Source of the DNA: Selaginella moellendorffii
Taxonomy: Eukaryota > Plantae > Lycopodiophyta
Direction of reading: 5' to 3'
Length of the DNA: 64,000 bases
Assembly (NCBI RefSeq): GCF_000143415.4
Contig: NW_003314263.1
Location: 347,114 to 411,113, forward strand
The notes beneath the pieces were generated by a model. The model was not told the DNA's origin. It did not search any database and saw only the letters and a list, made by a program, of their open reading frames with translations. The translations under genes were made by a program, and so were the position numbers. Positions 57,524 to 64,000 of this stretch are shown here, piece after piece (within the stretch, counting starts at the first letter, position 1; every line of letters starts with the position of its first letter).

Positions 57524-60500
57524 ATGCTGCGAGGGCGGATTGGAGGCCAAGACGAGGAGGACGTGGAACCGGCACTGGACGGGCTCGCTACCGCCGCTGT
57601 GGCCGATCGAATCGTCCAGGTATTTCTCCATCGGGATCGAATGTGAGCTGAAATCGAGTGTTTCGATCATGGCAGAGGCTTGCTGGATCGGGATTTCCAG
57701 AGGATTTGGCGAGGAGGCAGGGATTCGGCGAGTATGTGAGGGAGCATCCGGCCGAGCTGCGGCGCTTGGCGACGGTGATTCTTCCGGGGAATCCAGAGGT
57801 GGAGCTCTTGACGCCGGAGGGCAGCGATGATAGCCAGCTACTCTCGGCTCGCCAGGCCATCCAGGCTCAATGCCGGGAGGCGCTGGGGTGGCTGTTATGG
57901 TGCGCCTTTGACAGGGATTTAGCGTCCGGGCTGGAAGAGGTGAAGGCACAGTGTGGCGCTAGAGGCGTGTGTGGAGCAGTATGGGGGGTGAACGACATAG
58001 CTTACCGGTGCCACACTTGCGAGCACGATCCAACTTGTGCTATCTGTGTACCGTGCTTTCAAGCTGGCGATCACAGTACGCACGACTACTCGATGATCCG
58101 GACTAGCGGCGGATGCTGCGACTGCGGTGATGGTACTGCCTGGAAGGAAAGTGGATTTTGCTCGAGACATCGGGGACCCGGGAAAGTCCCTCCACTGTCC
58201 GAGGGTATGGTGGCTCGGTTGGGTCCGGTGCTGGAGGCAATGCTGCTGGAATGGAAGGACAGGCTCTCGGCTGCTGTGACGGCTTCTTCCGGAAGGCCTA
58301 GGAAGTGGTCGACTATGAGCCCGGAGGAGAAGCTTGCGTCACCGCTGTCGATGAGTATTATCAGCTTGCTGCTGGAGTTTTGCAACTGTAGCGAAAGTAT
58401 GCTGAGCTTCACGGCCGAGAAGCTGAGTAGCAGTGATATCGGCTTGCTCGACATCCTGCTCACTGCTGAGTTTCTTCTGCCGAAAAACGTCTATACGAAG
58501 CTGCATGAGTTGCTCTATAAGCTACTCGGGGATCCAAACTTCAAGTACCGGTTTGCTCAGACTTTTATCAAGCGCTACCCCAAGTTTCTACGTGAGTCTC
58601 TGCAAGAAGAACAGATGTTGGCAAGGCAGCCAAGGGAGCACAGCATACTTGGCAGCTTCTCGGTACAGATCTTCACCGTGCCGACGCTCACTCCTCGTCT
58701 TGTAGTAGAGTGGAAGCTCCTGGATATGCTCTTCGGCATACTGAAGGATTTCTTTGTGTCCTGTATCGGCGACGATGGACGGTTTGTGGTAAGGCATGCC
58801 TTTTCTTTGGGGTCTGTTCTAATTTCCTGTGCTTTGCTGACAGGTTACTAGACCTGCCATCCAAGAGCGTGCATACATGCGAGCAGTAGAAGATGTACGT
58901 TATGTTATGAGTCACTTGAAGGTGGCGCAGTACATAATACACGAATTTCCGCAACTGTGCAGGACGTGGTTGCACTTTTTGGCTTTCATCCAAGGTATGT
59001 ATCCCCAGAAGAGAATCACAAGTATCCACATCGAGGAAGAGAGTGAAGATTGGGTTGCTGCATTTCTCTTGGAAACACAGATGGCCAACATCCACCGGCT
59101 GTTCGTCGCGGGTACATGTCTTACGGGAAATGATACAAGTTGGGGAAGTGATACCCAGGCGCAGGGTGGTATACAGGTTGGTATACAGGGTGCTGTAGCA
59201 GCCGGAAGTGAAGAGCACAGCACAGAGGCCTTCTGCATTGTGGAAGGCGCGAAGCTTTCGAAAGCGCTCATCTGGTTGATAGCTGAATGTGTTGGTGTTC
59301 TTGACCTTTGGTTTGCTGCGGATCAAGCAAGAGAAGCTGGCAAGGCCGCCAAGCTTGCATCTGGGGCGGCCAGAGGGGACGCTGGGCTGAGAAGAAAGAT
59401 TCAACCGCGTGTAAGGCTAGCTCGGGGGATGACGCGTGATCGGCATATCACAAACGCTGTCAGGCACAGGGACTACACTTCAAGAAGAAGTCTCGAGGCT
59501 GTTAGAGCAGTACCTGAAGCTGCAGAGCCAGCGTCCGAGGCTAGCGAGATGGACATAGATGGATCATCAGATACGAGTGAGACGAGCGAATGGTGGTGGA
59601 TGGGAGCATCTTTGGAACCCGAGGGAACGTCTTCGAGTTTGCTGACGGGAGATAACGAATGGCCGGCCTTGGAGTTCGATGTTGGCAAGCAAGAGGTTTC
59701 GTTTCACATCCCGCTTCACAGAATGCTCGGTCTCCTGCTTCAGAAAGCTCTGGAGGAATACGAGTCCCAGATTAGTGCTTCTCCTCCGACCTCTCCCTCT
59801 GGCACTCTACTGCAGCTATTTCCCGAAGCTTTTCGTGTTACCGGACTGCCAGCTTTGCTGATGGAACATCCTCTTCGAATTCAGGTGTTATGCTCTCAAG
59901 TACATGCTGGGATGTGGCGTCGTAATGGTCACTCCATTGTAGGCCTCTGCGACATCTATCGTGCCGTGCCATGGTCAGTGGAATGGTTAGTGCGACTTGC
60001 TAGACATCCATTTGCAATTGACTTTATATCTAGCAGGTGTGAAGACAGTTTAGAGCTCGACCTGTTCATGCTGCAATGCTGCGCGTCCATGGCGCCTGCG
60101 GAAGAGTTTGCGGGACGAGTTTTCACTTGTTTCGGCCTTGCAGAGTACTTCTCACTGTACTTGTGGAAGCCGAATGAGTAAGATTTTAACTCTGCATATA
60201 TTTTTTTTCACCCGACATTTTTTTTCTTTTTGTTGAAACAGATACGAGCCAGTCCTGGCACAAGAGATGTTAGTTCTGCTCATTCGTATTATTTCAGAAC
60301 GTGGCTTCTGTGGTCTTTCGCCGAAAGAATCGTTACGTAGGGAACTTATTCAACGCCTGGCAATAGGGGATGCCTCGCACAGCTCCCTGACGAATGCATT
60401 GCCTCCGCGGCTTCGAGATAATGAGCATATGCAAGAAACGTTGGAAGCAGTGGCCAACTATAAAAGACCTCATGGCATGCAACAGGTATGAAAGGATTTT

Positions 60501-63500
60501 TTGTCTCTACGTACTGTAACATTTGTTGGGGCGTTTCCTGCAGGGTAAATATGTCTTACGCGAACAGAGCTGGCGAGAGCTAGACCTTTATCACCCTCGA
60601 TGGACACCTCGAGAATTACAGTCGGCTGAAGAACGCTACTTACGGGCATGCAAGGCATCGGCACATTTTTGTCAACCACCTCGCTGGCGTAAGCCATTTC
60701 TACCATTACAGAGTCTTTCGAAGATCGCTGTGTCGGCCAAGGTTCATGAGATATTGCGAGCTCTCTTTTTCCACGCTGCTTTCTCGCCGAACCTTTCGGA
60801 GTCTCGGGCACCTGAAAGCTTATTATTTACTGCCCTTCACCTTTTATCACTTGGGCTTGACGTCTGCAACACTTTTGCCAACAAAAGCTCAGCGGAAGCT
60901 TCATCAGTCTCGGGGCCTTCTATATCATCTGTCGATCATCCCCCGCTTCTAGCTCTCGCTCCCGAGTTTGTGCATGTTGGCGGGGCAGACGGCACGCAAC
61001 TATTTGATCGGCAGAGCACTCTTTCGTTATTGGTGATACTTATGAGAAAATATATTGCAAGCGAAGGGGCGCAACTTATTATCTCTGAAACAAGCCAGTC
61101 CAACGTCGGCTGCTTCATCAAGAAACTGCTACACAACTTTGCCGAGCTAGACCGTCAGTGTATGTACGCGATCGAGTCACTTGCGCCGGAGATATTACAT
61201 CGTGTATCCACCGACTCGTCCTCCAAGGCGGAGGGAACGTCGCAGGACGAACTGCAAGCAGAGCTTTCCGACATAGAGAAGAAACGAGCTCACGCTCGGG
61301 AGCGTCAAGCTGCGATGATGGTTTGTCTTTTATTTCTGCTAATATGGAAGTTTTCTTACTGCGCACTTGTGTAGGCGAAAATGAGAGCGGCTCAAGAGAA
61401 GTTCATGGCGAGTGTAGAAAGCTCGAAAAGTTCAAACAAGCTTGACACCAGTAAGACTGAGGGTAAACGTCCTCGAGAAACATTAGCTGACGATGACATG
61501 AATGAGACAGGCACACCTTTGTGTGCTTTGTGTCGCGACAGAAGTTCTACCAGCCCGTTGTGTATGCTGACTTTAGTCCAGGTAATCTCAACGTAACCTG
61601 GCAATCCGGTTCCTGACTCGTGCTTTGAAATTTCGCAGAAGTCCAGGTTGCTTGCACTTTCGCAAAAGCCAGTTCCTTCTTGGGACAAACCTTCAAGAGT
61701 TGTGGACGATACTCCAACTGCAGAAGATGACAATAGCGCTTCCCAAACCTTGGTACGAAGGGAGGCGGAAAACTTGATTTTGGAACTTAGGCAGTGGCTC
61801 GAGGGAGCTGCGGCAGATCCGAACGTGGACAGGCTGACCAACCGCGACGATTTTGTTGAACTTCTTCGGGGAGGATTACCGAGTATACTCAACACAGAGC
61901 GGTTTCCGGCTACTACTAGTGGAATTGAGGTGGATACAGATGCAAGCCTCGATGACACCTATGGCGAGTCAAGCCATCCTGTCGATCCGAAATGGTGGTG
62001 GGAACTTGCGGAAATGGTGTCTAACAAAGAATCGACAGACAACAATGAGACTCTGATCACAGTTCTGGCTGAGTATGTGGCAGCGGTCTCTCGTTCACAA
62101 TCTGAACTCCAGCCTCAACCGGAAGACCCTCCACGCGGGAACCGTCGCCGCTATGGTATAGAGAGCAAAGTCTACAGGGATGTCGGGCTTGATTTTATCG
62201 GACTGCACCTTTCTGCCTGTGGCCACGCTGCTCATTACGAATGTGTTGAGCGCTATTACGCTTCCCTACTACAAAGGTACGTTTTTCTCTCTCTCTCTCT
62301 TTAGTTCTTCTACCTAAATTTTGGTGGTGCTACAGGTATTACAGTAGATCCTTGTTCGAAGGAGTACAGATTGTGGATCCAGACCTGGTGCGTTATTTAG
62401 TAAGTTTTTGTAGCAACTATCTACATCTTAACTGTGATTTTGCAGGGAGAGTTCCTATGTCCGGTCTGTCGTCGGCTGTCAAACTCCATTCTTCCAGTTT
62501 TAGATCCCTCTGCACGAACTCCCTTTGTTGCTGACGCTGTCGAGGGGTTTAGACTGGAGCAAGCGTGTTCGTTAATGGTTAGCGCGCAAGAGCTGGTTGC
62601 CAGGCCCGGGTTTCGGAACTCAGTCTCGAGGAAACTCGCAGATCCGCTGAGGATGGTACTGGAGTCCGTGTCAAAGCGGCTTTCTGCACTATACTGCCTG
62701 GAGAAGGAGAAACTTTACACTTCCGAAGGAAGAAACTGCCAAGGCTTGTTTCTCTGGGACTTGCTCCGGTACAGCATTATGTCCGCGGAGTTGGCAGCAC
62801 GTACAAGGAGTCTCATCCTCGGTAATCATGATGCAGCCAGCAGATTAGTTGCTTTGGAGGAAGCGTCAGAGGCGTCACGCGGGTCTACTCTACCTTTGCT
62901 CTCTCTGGCAGCCAACTTAACTCTGACACACAGCCGGCAAATTGTTCTACTCAGGTCACGGGGTATGCAGCTGATGGTGGGATCAGTTTGTCATGGCACG
63001 TCTCTGGATTTCTTGTCCGAACCGATGTCTAAAGGTAAGATCACAGGCTTTTGGTTCGCATGTATTGACAGCTTACGTGCATGCAGGTCATTTGAGCTCT
63101 TTGTTACACTTTTTGGAAAAGGGCCGTGATTCGGCCGATATACAGTTTTGGAAGCGTGTGGCTGATCCTGTGCTTGCACACGATCCCTTCTCTTCCTTGA
63201 TGTGGCTGCTTTACGTACTTCCATTGCCAATACCGGCACGGGAAGGACCGCTCACCGCACTCGTTCATTTGTTTTATTTAGTCTGCTTGGTTCAAGTAAG
63301 TGCAAGTATTTTTCTAGTTTTACGACACTAACACAGGCATCTCTTTCAGTGCTTGGCATCAATGGGAAGATATGTGGTGGATGATAGCGTTCCTGCGCAT
63401 TTGCAAAACTTTCTAGCAGTCATCCATGCAACACTGGCAGACACCTGCATCGCACTTCAATCTCCGGAAGGACCTGTGACTGCGCCACTACAGTTCGAAC

Positions 63501-64000
63501 AGATTCGGCTCTTTACGTTGCCTTACCTCAGACGCTGCGCGTTGCTACAGACTGTGATTTCTGGTACTTCTCAGCCAGTGCCCGTTGCAGGGTCGAACAG
63601 CTGGGAGCTTTCAAATGTTTACAACCACCTCTCAAGCTCTGCTTATCGAGAGGCTGCCGAGAGCTGTAGAGACACAGAAGCTGTGGAGATGAAGGAGGTT
63701 GAGGAGCTGGAGAGACGATTTTCCATCCCTCCGATGCAAGCCATATTGTCAGAAGAGGCGGTGCAGAATCTCGTCGTCAAGTGGTGCCAACACCTTCAGA
63801 GTGAAACAGGCTCACGCAGCTTCTCCATCGTTCCAAGACCAGTGCGAGCGGTAGCTCTCCAGCTGATGGTTCTCCCCCGACTTTTCCAAGACCTGATTCA
63901 AAGGTGTTTTTTTTCATTCATTCTTCCGTGACCATCAACCTTACGTTCTCAATTTTCTGTGTAGATATGTGAAGGAATGCTGCCCCCGCTGCAAAACAGT
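57524..64000 (+). CDS. PRT6: E3 ubiquitin ligase PROTEOLYSIS 6 (UBR box + RING), multi-exon, runs off the window end
   Basis: DRIVQ|RL, UBR box GVCGAVW..AYRCHTCEHDPTCAICVPCF..GGCCDCGD, FSVQIFTVPTLTPRLV, HAGMWRRNG, HLSACGHAAH and GEFLCPVCRRLSNSILP. Confidence 0.95.

Overview
Compact, gene-dense land-plant nuclear DNA with short GT-AG introns (mostly 50-80 bp), GC-rich exons and very short intergenic spacers. This style suggests the lycophyte Selaginella, which is an inference and not verified. Most of the window is conserved housekeeping or regulatory genes: RH29/DBP10 helicase, two PPR proteins, PSMD9/Nas2, CURT1, Pumilio, TSC10, HUA2-like, TANGO2, alpha-amylase, class 3 lipase, LEA_2/NHL, OST5/TMEM258, class I TCP, 14-3-3, NIP7, PEBP and PRT6. 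An accessory, rearranged block at about 14.6-28.3 kb interrupts them. In it, an intronless, secreted, fungal-type FAD-linked oxidoreductase sits between two 1.3-1.6 kb inverted-repeat arms. Each arm carries a very AT-rich bulb-type (GNA) lectin gene, one intact and one decayed. The block also holds three copies of a spliced gene with a plant-transposon-like domain, a decayed duplicate of the HUA2 3' end and AT-rich islands. Other oddities are a PEBP (FT/MFT superfamily) with a signal peptide, a frameshifted TPR-SET gene with fungal-like architecture and an alpha-amylase with acidic tails at both ends. A 100-N assembly gap lies at 28283-28382. All family assignments come from motif recognition; no database search was run.
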